Positions 37,512 through 50,219 of a stretch of 52,651 nt of DNA are shown here, in pieces. The translations under genes were made by a program, and so were the position numbers. Within the stretch, counting starts at the first letter, position 1. Every line of letters starts with the position of its first letter. This DNA is from Trichosphaerium sp. ATCC 40318 (Eukaryota > Protista > Tubulinea), in contig JALMLS010000375.1 in NCBI GenBank assembly GCA_038496445.1, positions 1 to 52,651 of the forward strand, written 5' to 3'. The notes under the pieces were generated by a model. That model had not been told where the DNA came from. It was given only the letters and a program-made list of their open reading frames with translations, and did no database searches.

Positions 37512-38911
37512 GGATGGAATGTTAGAACCACCTGTGATCTAAACGCACCAATAAATGTCCAGTTAGTTAAAATGGTTTTTGGTATCTACCAATACACGTT
37601 CTTGAAATCCAAACAAAGGAGCTAACGAGACTGTTTTAAGCGATAATCTAACTTGTATTGCAACGCTTGTTATCTGCCTTAACATGTTACACCATATGCT
37701 TCACTATGTGAAGTAAAAGTGTGGTGCTCATGGCCCTAATGATTGATACTTGTACTCTTCTGTCTTTAATACTTCGTGAACAGCATTGTATTGGTGCAAG
37801 TTCAGCGGAACTTATCGTTTGCCACTGATATTTCAACTCTGACAAAAGCAATAAGATCTAAAGGGTCCAGGTGATACAGTATCGTTCACCCTTGACGAAT
37901 TTCTTTCATATCAGTCGTCAACTCTAGCACTTACATCTTCATTTTCAGGAAAAAGAATGTACTACAGGTGTTAATATTGACGGTTTGATGGTACTTGAAA
38001 ATACTGAAAAATTATAGGAATACTTGGCCGGGAGAAAACGTGTTTAAGTGTAGTTCAAAGGACTGTTTTAAACATCTTGTTACCCAAAGTTACAAGAGAA
38101 AGTAATGCGAATGTAAGAACCAGTTCTCCGGCAAACCTAGAAGAGATGGTTTCGACTATTTGTGAAAGTAGATCTCCTTTTGGAAAAGTGTAAGTCTACT
38201 CTGTAACACTATGTACTTACAATTTACCTTATAAATAGATATTATGCATCCAACTTGTGTACGCTAGCATACTTGTGAGAAGCCCGCTTTCCAACCTCCT
38301 TCTACATTCTTACAGCTTACAGTAATGCTTACGCATGGCTGTACAAGTGTTTTACTCTATTACAGACGTTTGGGTATACTTCAGTTGACTTTGTATAAAT
38401 TAACAACAACCTACAAACTTATCAACCAAAAACGTTTGAACAAAGGTAAAATGACAACTAAGGAGGGTGTTAATAGTCCAATCATAGAAGTGCCAAACTT
38501 ATTTTCTCGGCCAATGAGATACTATTAAATATTGTTAATAACGACATGGCAAAAGATTTAGCATCAGTAACCACAAGCCATACGCTATTAATGAAGCTTG
38601 TTGTACACCAGTGGCTAGGCAATATCCTTTCATACTAAGTAGGTCTTGTTCTTAAGATCCTAATATTTTGCTTGTTTTCAAGGAGATTGTGAGGGCGCTT
38701 ATACGCAGCTTTTAGGCTCCTATGTACATCTACAAGTTTCTGTATATTTAAAAGAAAGTGTCACAAATACAAGTCCATGAAGAAGTGCACCTATTAACTA
38801 CGAGACCGAAATACAAGTATTTGTTTATTGTACATTTGGACATTGCTATGAAAAATTGTGGCTCTTTGTCCACCTTCCTGAAGAGCTACTTAACCCTCTG
38901 GCAATGTTGTT

Positions 38912-39672
38912 CTACATCATAGTGCAACGTCTCTTTCGTTTAATAGGTTTTGGTAAACCTGAATCTTGCTCCTTCCTTATCTCTCGTACAAGTTGATAAA
39001 AAGCTTCTTCAACATTTTCACGTGTTTTAGCTGATGCCTCAAAAAAAGGAACGCTGTAATGCTTTCCAAGCTCTTCTCCTTCTTCTTTACTAACTTGTCT
39101 GTCTTCTTCTAAATCAACTTTATTCCCAACTATTACTGAAGGGACATAATCTAGATCCTTGACGCTAAAATGAATCAACCATTTTTGATAAAATAATGCG
39201 AAAATTGGATTATCAAGTTGTCAAGTGTTCCGTACCTTCTAACTCGGTCATAGAAAGCTGGTAGTTCCTCAAAAGATGTGCGGCTTGTAATAGCGTAAAC
39301 AAGTAAAAATCCTTGCCCTGTTCTCATGTACTGTACGGTAACGAATAAGTTAGTTATGCACGGCAGCAGACAAAGCCTTACTTGATCACGCATTGCAGAG
39401 AACTCTTCTCTTCCTGCTGTATCAAGAATATCCAAGAGAAGCGTCTCGTCGTCCACAATACATCGTTTACGATACCTACATAAGAGTTATAGCGCGTTTG
39501 AACAAGGAGTAAAGTAAAATGCGTAAAAAGTGTTTTTAATTGATTAAAACGCTTACGAATCTTCTATGGTAGGGTCATATTCTTCAAGAAAGTGGTTTTG
39601 AATAAGTTGTATTGTAAGTGCAGATTTACCAACACCACCGTCGCCAATAACAACTATCTTATATTCAGTCAT
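38912..39672 (-). CDS. ras: Ras GTPase (natural Q61R), CaaX CTMM
   Basis: [40 protein letters not shown]...[25 protein letters not shown]...GNKVD...EASAK...KRKRRCTMM*; 3 introns. Confidence 0.96.
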
Positions 39673-40039
39673 CCAAGGTGCTTCCCCGTTACGTTATAAA
39701 TTGCTGTTTTTGTTGTACTTGACTACGTTAGAAATAATTGGTTGATAAAAATAGAATTCAATGCATTTTATTATTAGAAATGTCAGTAGGTGACGAAGAA
39801 TCCGCTCTATCTGTCAACAACCAAATGAAATTGGGTAATCTCCAGTCGTTTAGCAGCAAACTTTGGACCATCAATCACGTACCAGGTAGACAGAGTCAAT
39901 TGGAGTACAAACCTTCGCAACTGATCTATCAAGCTCAAATTCAGCTTCGTATTTCCAACCGTCAGTGGTAAAAACAATACTATTGTTGTCAAAAGTTTTT
40001 TGCGACCTACCAATACAAGACTAGTTGGTTTTTAGATGT

Positions 40040-40680
40040 ATCTTTGAACGTTTCTACTAATGCCCTTCCGTTATGTCTTTTGTTACATTCCAACAACCTT
40101 CTTAATATCTTTACACCAGAGAGTTTAGCGGACCCACGTTTTTTCCGATTTTTTCGAAAGAAAAAATTCGATACAAAAACCGAATGCCTATCAATGGATC
40201 ACTATATGTGAGCGAAGGTCGGGTTCTAGTTCCGAGCACAGCGAGGACCCGACCGTAAGTGAACCAGGCGCTTTTTAGTTTAGTGGACTGCCCTAGCTAT
40301 GCATCTTTCTACGAATTCTATTTTTTCGAATTTTTGTTTTCGGAAAATTCGGAAAAAACTATGGCCCCGAGTTTAGTAAGGCACTCATTTGCTACGTTTG
40401 TCCATGATAGATCAACTTTACTCAATGAAACTGTAGTTATAGTCTTTCTGGTATTTTGATCGCAACTGTTACTCTTGGTTCAATGACCATTTTGCCTTGC
40501 ATGGATCCGAAACTTGGTTTCAAAAGTACAACATCTTTCATAATTCAAGCTATTCAAACTTTTAATTCCATTCCATTCCACAAATGTCTATGTATTATCA
40601 CTTCCTTTAATTTAACACACTGCTTTGCAGTGGTATAGTTTTGTTGTAATAGCTCTTTAAGTAAAGTATTGATTGTACCC
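40040..40680 (-). pseudogene. Decayed LRR gene of the same type as 34732/36258, interrupted by the MITE
   Basis: Removing the MITE and one TSD restores SKVDLSWTNVANECLTKLSGVKIL; the flanks contain stops. Confidence 0.5.
40129..40369. mobile_element. MITE (~240 bp) with ~50-bp imperfect TIRs and a 7-8 bp target-site duplication
   Basis: Left end CGGACCCACGTTTTTTCCGATTTTTTCGAAAGAAAAAATTCGA; right end reverse-complemented CGGGGCCATAGTTTTTTCCGAATTTTCCGAAAACAAAAATTCGA; (G)AGTTTAG on both sides (40121-40128 and 40369-40376). Confidence 0.88.
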
Positions 40681-40779
40681 TATACAGACACATCTATCAA
40701 GTATTTTATTGTACATTTGGCTTAAAAACATATTGCCCATGTTCCTGAAGCTATGTAACCTTCTACCAAGTGATTTTTT

Positions 40780-41547
40780 TTACATCATAGTGCAACGTCT
40801 CTTTTGTTTAATAGGTTTTGATGTAACTGGATCTTGCTTCTTCCTTATCTCTCGTACAAGTTGATAAAAAGCTTCTTCAACATTTTCATTTGTTTTAGCT
40901 GATGTCTCATAAAAAGGTATGGAGTAATACTGCTTTCCAAGCTCTTCTCCTTCTTCTTTAGTAACTTGTCTGTCTTCTTCTAAATCAACTTTATTCCCAA
41001 CTATTACTGAAGGGACATAATCTAGATCCTTTATCCTAAAATAAATCTACAAACCTATTTGATAAAATGCAAAAATTGGACTATCAAGTTGTCAAGTGTT
41101 CCGTACCTTCTAGCTCGGTCATAGAAAGCTGGTAGTTCCTCAAAAGATGTGCGGCTTGTAATAGCGTAAACAAGTAAAAATCCTTCACATGATCTCATGA
41201 ACTGTACAGTAACGAATAATTTAGTTAATTGGCTGACAGAGTGCTTACTTGATCACACAATACAGAGAAGTCATCTCTTCCTGCTGTATCAAGAATATCC
41301 AATACAAGAGTCTCATCGTCTACACTGCATTGTTTACGATACCTACATAAGAGTAATATCGCGTTTGAACCAAAAAGACAAGAAAAGCGTAAAAGTACAT
41401 AAAAAGTGTTTTAATTGATCAAAACACTTACCAATTTTCTATGGTAGGGTCATAGTCATTAACAAAGTTACCGCTTATTAATTGTATTGTAAGAGATGAT
41501 TTCCCAACACCAGTGCTTCCAATGACTAGTATCTTGTATACAGACAT
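40780..41547 (-). CDS. ras: Ras GTPase paralog (G12T- and Q61R-equivalent), CaaX CTMM
   Basis: [43 protein letters not shown]...[25 protein letters not shown]...KQKRRCTMM*; same intron positions as 38912-39672. Confidence 0.93.
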
Positions 41548-41699
41548 TCAATTGCCTTCCGTTTCGTTATAAATTGCTGTTATTGTTGTACTGACCCATT
41601 AGAAATATTGGTTGATAAAAAATAGAATTCAACAAAAAACTGTTTGACAATTGTTGGTCCGTCACAGCACAATAAATTGTCAAATTGTTGCTGAAAGGA

Positions 41700-42625
41700 T
41701 GACGTACAATATGAAGCTTTGTAACAGCTCTGTCAAGCTCAATTAATGCATGATAGTTACAAACAGATTGCTGAAAAACAAGTCAATATTTGGAAACAGT
41801 TTCTTGTCACTTAACATGTAAGCTTATGGTTATTTGGGTACTTTGGTTGTACCGCACAATAAGTGTATTCCAATTACATATTATTGGAGAAGTTCTTCTA
41901 GAGTGAACGCAAAACATATGTTGCTTTTCCGTTCACTAGTAGTTGTATCAGGTACATAAAAAAAACCTGAAAAACATATTAAACACGATTTTGCTACGAA
42001 CCCTTTTCAGTTAAGATTTACAACAATTTGACAACTATTCATTATGATAAAGTCACGTGTGTGTTAAAAAAAGTAATAAACTAAAACGTTACAAGTAATA
42101 TGTTTTGCAACTCACAGAAATGAAACATGCTCCCCATAGCTTGCACGTTCTATACCTTCAGATTCAGTTACTTCTCTTTCATCTTCTAGATCACACTTAT
42201 TCGCAACCTACATAGCGAGTGGCTGGATAGTCTAAAACAATTAAAAAACCAAAAGTGCATACCAATATCATTGGGTAATGTCTTGACATGCTAAACACGC
42301 ATGATCTGTTCTAAAAATAAAAACTAGAGTGGCAATACTGTTATGCCAGACGATATGGCTTTTTGTATGGATGGCTGTGACACTTCCTTCTTTGATATGT
42401 AATCTTTGGCTTCAGTGGGGAGATTACTGGAGCGATGTTAGGTACTATCACGAAATTGTAATAGTACATTGGCAGAAGAAAAAGTTATCAGCTGTAAATG
42501 ATCTAAAAGACTTAAAAGTAGCGCCAAGAGCTACCAAATGTTCCACATCGAGGTTATAGATGATTAACAAGTATTTCACGCGGAAACGATTCAAGAGGTA
42601 ATACATCGGCTTCCTCCTTCTCCAT
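41700..42625 (-). pseudogene. F-box + Ras-like GTPase fusion pseudogene
   Basis: MEKEEADVLPLESFPREILVN(frameshift)IYNLDVEHLVALGATFKSFRSFTADN, then EQIMRV* and VANKCDLEDEREVTESEGIERA; G1-G3 not found. Confidence 0.55.
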
Positions 42626-42683
42626 GGACTGTATTAACAATCTCAACGGGTTTTATTTGTTGATATTTTAGCAAAAACTAACA

Positions 42684-43671
42684 TCAAATTCTATGCCCGT
42701 GTTCTGTTTCTATTATGGCAGATACTAGTACACCAAAAGCTTCGTTTACTACAAACACAAGTAAGAAACTACATTAAAATGATACTTATGTTCTAACATA
42801 CCGTTTGTGCCATCTTTGGCTGATGCTTCTATGAACTTTATCTTCAATTTATCAGCAAATGCCTGAGGTGAATATCAAAAGACCGTATTTTCTTTAGAAT
42901 ACAACTTATTGACTTTACCTTGGCAACAGCATAATCAATTTTACGGTCATATATAAGATCACTTTTTGTTCCAACAAGTATTATTGGAATATTGTGCATT
43001 GCATATCGTTCAACCTCTCTTAGCCACAGTATTACATTATCAAAAGACTGATGGCATGTAATATCATAAAAAACCAAAACACCTTTAGCAGCTCTAAATG
43101 GACGTAGCATATCTTGTGTGATGAATCGGTGCTGACCTATAGAAACATGTTTAAAACAAACCCTCATATAGCAACAAACACACTGAAAGTATCCCAAACG
43201 TTGAGTTTTACTTGGTGGCCGTCAACTTGAATTGTTTTAAACTTCTACGAAAACATGAGCTAGAATTTCTAACACGTGATGTTAAACTAAAATGTAAGCA
43301 GCGTATTGCTGGGAGAACAACGTTTTGGGCATTGTTTGCATGTTGCACGTATTACGTAATAATGATCACCCAATGTGGCTTCACTTTCTGAAAATGTGTT
43401 ATCAACGAATCTCAGTACAAAGTTTGTCTTTCCAACGCCAGTATCACCAATAGTAATGACTTTGTACGATAGTTCTCTACAACTCAATGTAAGCTATGGT
43501 AACAAGCCTAAAACCGAATGTACTGTTCTACATTCGACGTCTTAGTATTCGCTGGAGGGTTTGAAGGGGCTACAAATGCGTAAGTCAATCAATTCATACG
43601 CTTTGATAACCGCAAGGTTGGCATACTGACTTACCTTTAATTTTTGTATCTTTGCTGCTTTTACTTCCCAT
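42684..43671 (-). CDS. Divergent Rab1-like GTPase with an N-myristoylation motif and no C-terminal cysteines
   Basis: Spliced MGSKSSKDTKIKAPSNPPANTKTSNVEQELSYKVITIGDTGVGKTNFVLRFVDNTF...VKLNVWDTFSQHRF...WLREVERYA...VGTKSDL...FIEASAKDGTNVNEAF...ETEHGHRI*. Confidence 0.8.
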
Positions 43672-44519
43672 TTATTTGATTTTAGTAAATCTGCAGTTTT
43701 ACGTTTCCAGTTTAAGTTAATTGCTGGCTTGTTTAAGACAGGCTTCCAAAGAGTCCTCACTATTGGAGGCAAGAAGGCGCTGCCTGTACATACAGGACAG
43801 TTTTATGATTTTCTGATACAAATTGGAAAAGCAGTTTTGTCTTCTAGCCCAAAGGCTAGTTCAACACGTGATTCAGAGGCACGGTATTTTTTGCGCCATT
43901 TACCTTTGTAAAAATTGTTATCAAGGCTAGCGTGTGTATTGACATTTCTCTAGTCCGTTTTAATGTGCTGCTGTCGATTGTATCATCTATTTTGGATTGA
44001 TATTTATTACGGAATAACGAAATTGTTTGATAACAATAGCATCCTTCCTTCTCAAAGTGCAAACAAAAAGGACTACCATTAAATTGCACTTATAATTTCC
44101 TGACAATGATCCTGATATATTCTTTTCAATGTGCACATCCAGATAAACAGTTCAATATCACTTCGACATTTGTTTGACTTTTTCTTCGACATTTTAGTAT
44201 AACCCAGATAAACTGAACAAAGTCAGAAAATGAAGTATTCCGTAATGTGAATCAAATGTATGTTATTAATAACCTGTAGTGCTACTCAGAAGCGTTGTGA
44301 ACACCGCCCTGCTTATAAGTTAACTTTATTCCACGTGATACTTGTATCAACCACTAAACAAATTTTGACCAAGGCCATGTATGAGAACACTACCAACAGA
44401 TGAAAAAAAAATACTGTGTGAACAAAAATGTAAGCCATTTGGCTGACTTTGTTTTGTTCCATTTGGCACGCAAATAGTTTTTGCTAAGCCATTAGCCGAC
44501 AATCACAGGTATAGAATTA

Positions 44520-46600
44520 AAATTTATTACAGTAACTACACCTTGATGTGATTGCTGACAAGCGCTGATGTTTGATGTGATGCAATAAACTAATTTGATG
44601 AGCATGTAAGTACTACCAATGATGTACTTGGAACTCAGGTGAAATGAAGCAGACTATTTTTTTCTTATACTATTGTATGGTAATACTTGTGACATTTTTA
44701 GGTTACAGGCGATTCTGGTTTGCCTCTGGTAGTCGTTGAGTAGGCAGAGACGTAAAGGTTGGTAAGCTGGTTATTATAGGTAGTGTTACTGGAGGAGCTT
44801 GTGGCTTCAATCCGGGTTGTTTTGCCGATTCAATAAATCCTGCTTGTAGCAATTCTGTTTGGTTTCTGGTCAGAGAAGGTGCTGTTACGCTTGGTTTTAA
44901 TCAGGAAGGAATTGTTGGAGTAACTATCTTTGATTTGTTAGTTGGTTTGTCCTGTATATACAGGGCTACTGTATCTATAGGTATTGAAACAAGCAGGTTT
45001 GGTGCATCAGCTATTTTTCGGTGTTTCTTGTTCGTTGTGGGTTGAGTAGTTGTATTATCCACTCTTTTCCTTTTGAGTGTTGGAAGTGCGTATTGGGTGT
45101 CAATGGCAGATAGTTCGTTTCTAATACGTTTCAGTTCTTCTTGATCTTTCTTATACGCAGCCATGCGCTGAAAAATAGGACTACACTTGTGTTCTGTATG
45201 AACTCGAAATGTTTCTTTTGTTTCTTTGTCAACGCATTTGTCCTCACCGTCTTCATTGTGCTGGTTTAATGATTTTCTTTCATTGCCTATGGTATCAATT
45301 ACTATGAGTGTTTGGAACAATGGTACAAATGAGAAAGGTTTCAAAGAATTATAGGATTGAAGAAAAAATGTGAGAAAAATAAGTTAATTGTCATTATTAT
45401 TGTTCGTCTCACCTTTTGCATAGTCTTCCTTGTGACTGTCTAGATTATTTTGTAGTTCTTTTATTATAGAATCAGCTACAGGTATTTTATTCTTGCGTCT
45501 AGCAGTTTTGAGTGCTTTTGAGTACAAGTTGGCCAGTTGCATTGCTATTATATGTTAGTCGTAAGAGGCACCCTTAAAATAAACTCACATACCCAAATCG
45601 AATCGTGTTGGGTACATCTCTAAAAGCATTGCTTGAGCAGTGTACCCACAATGCATACAATTCCAATAGTATTTTGAGTAATTGATCTCCAGCCCATAGA
45701 TGGTATCTTCAAATACACCTTTATTGAATAAAAGATCATAATTAAAATTCATCACAGCGTTGTAAATGCTTAGATCTCCCACGTGATCAGGTTTTTTGAA
45801 CTCAAGACCGTTCTTTGATAAAAACTGTTTCAGCTAATTTTTTTGTTAGAAGCATTGTTTGTTATTTTCCTTTACCTTTTCCTGTACTTTGTAGGCATTA
45901 GAAAACATAGAAACGTGACTCTTTGCCCCAAAATTGTGCGAGAAAAAACGTTGGCGCATGGCCAAAAAGAGCTTGGAACAGGAACAATTATTCAAGAGAA
46001 CAAGAAGATAATGAAAATAACATACTTGGTTTCTTGCCTTTTTGTTTTCTATGAAAACCATCGTACTATATATATACTTCAGTTCTGTGACCTAATACTT
46101 CACCCCCAACTCGTTCCATCTAATTTGTAATCAGTAAAAGATAGCAAGCCTCAGTAACACAACGCAGCATCACGCTCGTAGGAACTAGTAAAAAAAGCAT
46201 ACTTCCTTTATGGCTGACAAATGCTGTTTAAACGCATCCACATCTTTCTGTATTACAATGTATGTTTTAAAATACTCCTTGGCGTGTATATCAGAATGTA
46301 CCTAGATTCCCCTTTATTACACTCAGTGGCGAGCTGCTTCCATTCAGTTGCGGATAAAAAAATCACGTGGAATGAACTTTGTAACAGACTTTAGATCAAT
46401 CTTGTGCTGTCGCGGTTTTGAGTGGTGTAACTTTAAGGCTTTATGAGCAAACTCGGTGATCTCTTCTAAAAAGTCTACTTCATCTAAAACTCAAAATAAG
46501 ACAGAAAGCACAAAAGAAAACCAAAAAGCTAGCCTGAAAGTTCGCGTGACGACCCATCCGAGGCACACAAACTTCCATTCGATTCTCTCTCAATATCCAT
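44520..46600 (-). pseudogene. Unknown family, paralog 1 (apparently disrupted)
   Basis: Shares LLFNKGVFEDTIYGLEINYSKYYW..HCGYT.QAMLLEMYPTRFDL and MAAYKKDQEELKRIRN with paralog 3. It has an extra base at ~46360, an intron/exon deletion at ~46290 and an early stop at 44901. The 3' end is approximate. Confidence 0.6.
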
Positions 46601-47419
46601 TGTGGCTTTACTGTTTTTTGTCTGAGAGCAAGTTTGGAACAGGTGTACTTGGTTTGTCTGTATCGTATTAATTCAAGTTGTTACGCCTGAATATGAGTGA
46701 GTCAGTTTAAAATAGCGTACAATATCGAAATTACGTAAATCTCATTCGTACCTCTTTTGTTTGTTCCACAGTAGTTAATAAATTTAATGTGTGGTGCTGG
46801 TCGCAAAGATAATTACATGGTTTTTCTTATTAAATATGAAATGTCGCTTAACAACTCACGTTTACAATTAAAACGTGTATCTACACCAGGCCATGCAATT
46901 GTACTTATTACCTATAAAAACGAGGAGGTCATATGTGTGGTAGCAATCACGTGATTTATTTGACATGATTGGTCAACTTTTACTGCAGTGACACAATCTT
47001 TTTAGAAATGACATTCTGGTATCTTTTTCTGAAAAACATTTTGTGTTTTGTAGCGTTGGCAGTAACGACAATAATCACGTGGTGCCTCTACCAATCAAAA
47101 AGGTTAAGTTTTTTCAAATCGGAGCTTGCAACAGTCGCTTTTTGCCGTGCCTATTTTATGATGACTTAGCCATATTGAGTAATAGTTGAACACTCTTGCA
47201 GGGCATGGATCGGTTGTTTAGTACAGGATTATTGCCTTTAAGTTGAGTTAAAATTTTTGCGTTTTTATAAAAACTACTATAATAACACGTGGTACCATCT
47301 CATCGCATCTAGCTACATAGTTCGCGTGTTCAGTAGAAACTAAACAATAAACGGTAGTAAGCAACAGATTCATTCAACGACGCTACTGTGCACTTACCTG
47401 GTACTAGGCCTATTAAATA

Positions 47420-49815
47420 ATGGACAACAACAACAAAAACAGCGATAAAAACGTACACCAATCAGTTTTTTTTCTTTTTTTCTTCATATTAATGCTGTTC
47501 AGGATGTAGATCACGTAATTACAATTACCAAGCCGCCAGTGTTGGATGATCAAAGTGCGTTTTAAATTTTAAACGAGTACAGTTTCCCTGGACTAAGTGT
47601 TTGGCCTTCTGTTCGCGAAACTGGGCTACAGCGTGTTGTATTTCGTAGAAACACGTGTGTTTTGGCGCCATTTGTCCGACATTTCCATTAAACAGCTCCT
47701 TCAAGTTGAGCTATAACTCTATAATTGTGAACGCTCAAAACAGTTCTAACCTTTTTTACAGGCAATGACCAGTTGTTTAACGAAGTTATGGCTTTTGCTA
47801 AAAAGGCCATAAAGATGCACAATTCGAAACCCAGGAATCCCCAGATTAACCTAAATGATGCCACACAATTCAAAGCATGTGAGTATTTATCAAAGGGAGA
47901 ATGGAAAGAGCTTGTTAACAGTGATAACAAACTAAGTAAAAAAACTGAAAGACGAAGGTAAAATTTTTGATTTGTTTTGGTTTGGATTGTTCTTATTTAA
48001 CCTTACACGAAAATGAACTTAGTATACGAGATGCTGCAAATATGGTTAAAATGTATATCGTAATACAAAAAGATCTACAAGGGTTTAAAAAGCACCTGAA
48101 AGAACTGAATGCAGTACACTTTTTTTTTTTTGTTTTCATAAAGTGATATGTCCACATTGCTTATGATTTTAGACTCGAACAAAACGGGGAAACAAAGTAC
48201 CAGGACACTTTTTGAGAACCTATTCTGCAGCAGTCTTTATGAAAAATGATACAGCGAGAAAGCAGGTAGTGTTGGGTTTTTTTTTTAATGTTTTACAAAT
48301 TTATTTGTTTTTTAAGTTACTCGTTGCTCTCTGTAGATGCTTGTTCTCAGGGATAAATGCCCGCAATGGCGGAATGTTTTCCAATGCTCAAATGGCACAA
48401 GATAAGGTACAGATAAGGAGGTTTTAAGTAGTGTCTTCAAAGGTATTGACGAAAAAATTAGTTGAAAGAGTTTTTGCACATGAACGGCCTTGTATTCAAA
48501 GAGCCTGAACAATTCAAGCCAGATAGCATATACAAGGCTGTTACAAGCTTCGATTTAGATCTGTTATTCAATAGAGGTGGCTTTAAAGACACTGTGTATG
48601 CGTTGGAGATATACGACACGAGAGTGTCTTGGAAGTCGTTACATTGTGGGTACATTGTTCAAGAAATGCTACTAGAAATGTACCCAACGCGATTTGATTT
48701 AGGTACTAGCCTCACGTGTTTTTTTTCCCATCTTGTTTGCCTCATCTAAATAAACGTAGCAAAGCAGTTGCTTGAACATTACAAAAAAGCACTGAGTGTA
48801 ACGGATTGCAACAAAATGAAGACAGCTATCTTAACAAAAGAAAAACTACTAGCGCATGCGAAACATCAAGCAGAAGACTATGCTCAAAGAGAAAAAATGT
48901 ATATAGCGAAAAAATCAATCAAACGAGAGAAGGAAATACAACAGGAGGGTAAGAACCGTGGTGACACAGAAGTTACACTAAATAGGAGATCATACATTGG
49001 TTTTTTTCCCTCTTTTCTTTCTTGATCCAGAAAACAAAACTAACAAGTTGTAGATCCTATGGACTGTGAAGATTCTAGAATAGGTGATCCAATATTGAGT
49101 CCTCCTGTTATTAAAGACAATCAAACTGTTCATGCTTGTTTTGAGTGGCTTAAACAAAATACAGGTAGTTAGTTTTTTTTTGTTCTTAAATGACTTCTAA
49201 TAATGGTTTGCAGTCATGGGTGAAATTTACAACTCTAAGAACCTGCAACAAAGTAATGAACAAGGAGAAGATCATGATGATTCAAGAATGAATGATTTGG
49301 AACCTGAGCAAAATGTCTCTGAAGAAAAAAATGCAGAAAAGTCAGACCAAGACATTGTGATAAGAAAAAGAAAATCAAGAGTTACGGCAACTACAAGTAC
49401 CAAGAAACAGCGAAAAAAACCACCATTGCGGTATACATTTGATGTAAATCACAAGGCCGCTGTACAAATTAAAACAGAAACGCCAGACACAGTACCAATT
49501 GCATTCCTCGCAAAAGAGCAGTTGCCATCAACTCAACCAACAAATAATGACTTTGGCAATGGTACCTGGGATATATTGTTATTCTTTATGAATAATATCT
49601 CTGTAGATGGTTTACCCGACAATTTTGAAGAACTAGACACGGATTATATAATGGTAGTTCGTTTTAGTAAGTCATTCTTCTTTAATCACTGTTTTTTTAT
49701 TAAAAAGTTGGATTAGGAGGCAAAAGCTATTTCAAGACACCAGCAACTAAGAAGTTTATTAAAGAAAAAGATCTACCGAATGTCAGGATCTAGAGACAAA
49801 AAGATTTATCAGTGA
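47420..49815 (+). CDS. Unknown family, paralog 2 (helical N-domain, basic NLS-like stretch, small conserved C-domain)
   Basis: Multi-exon frame MDNNNKNSDKN...AKKAIKMHNSKPR...YIVIQKD...SLHCGYIVQEMLLEMYPTRFDL...RKRKSR...LPDNFEELDTDYIMVVRF...KKIYQ*. Confidence 0.75.
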
Positions 49816-50219
49816 TAGCAATCGATCATGTCAAGTAAATCACGTGATTGTTATATATTGAACGTGGACTTCCCATCACTTTTCTTGAGCTTGCTATATC
49901 CGGTTATCACCTTGCGTATGTTTGCTAATTTTTCCACTTTTGTCACGTGATCACTGTGTTTTAAATACAAGTTGTTAAGCGACAAATTGACAAGAATAAA
50001 ACATTTCATAACGTTTACTCAGCGCATCACCTATTATTAAGCTATTATCTCTCTGCTGTAAGGTACACATGAGATTTATCTAATAGCAACACTGTACGCT
50101 ATTATAACTCACTCACTCAGTCAAATTCAGGCGTTACAAGTTAATAATTAAGAGGATACAGCAAACTGTCATATAGGAAAAAACCGTTGGTGTGAATTCT
50201 CAAACAAAGTTAAAAGACA

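Noticed and set aside
37560-38700. Possible decayed protein-kinase-like gene
   Set aside because: There are only vague fragments (DMAKDL...HQWL) and no HRD/DFG/APE motifs, so it is unsupported.
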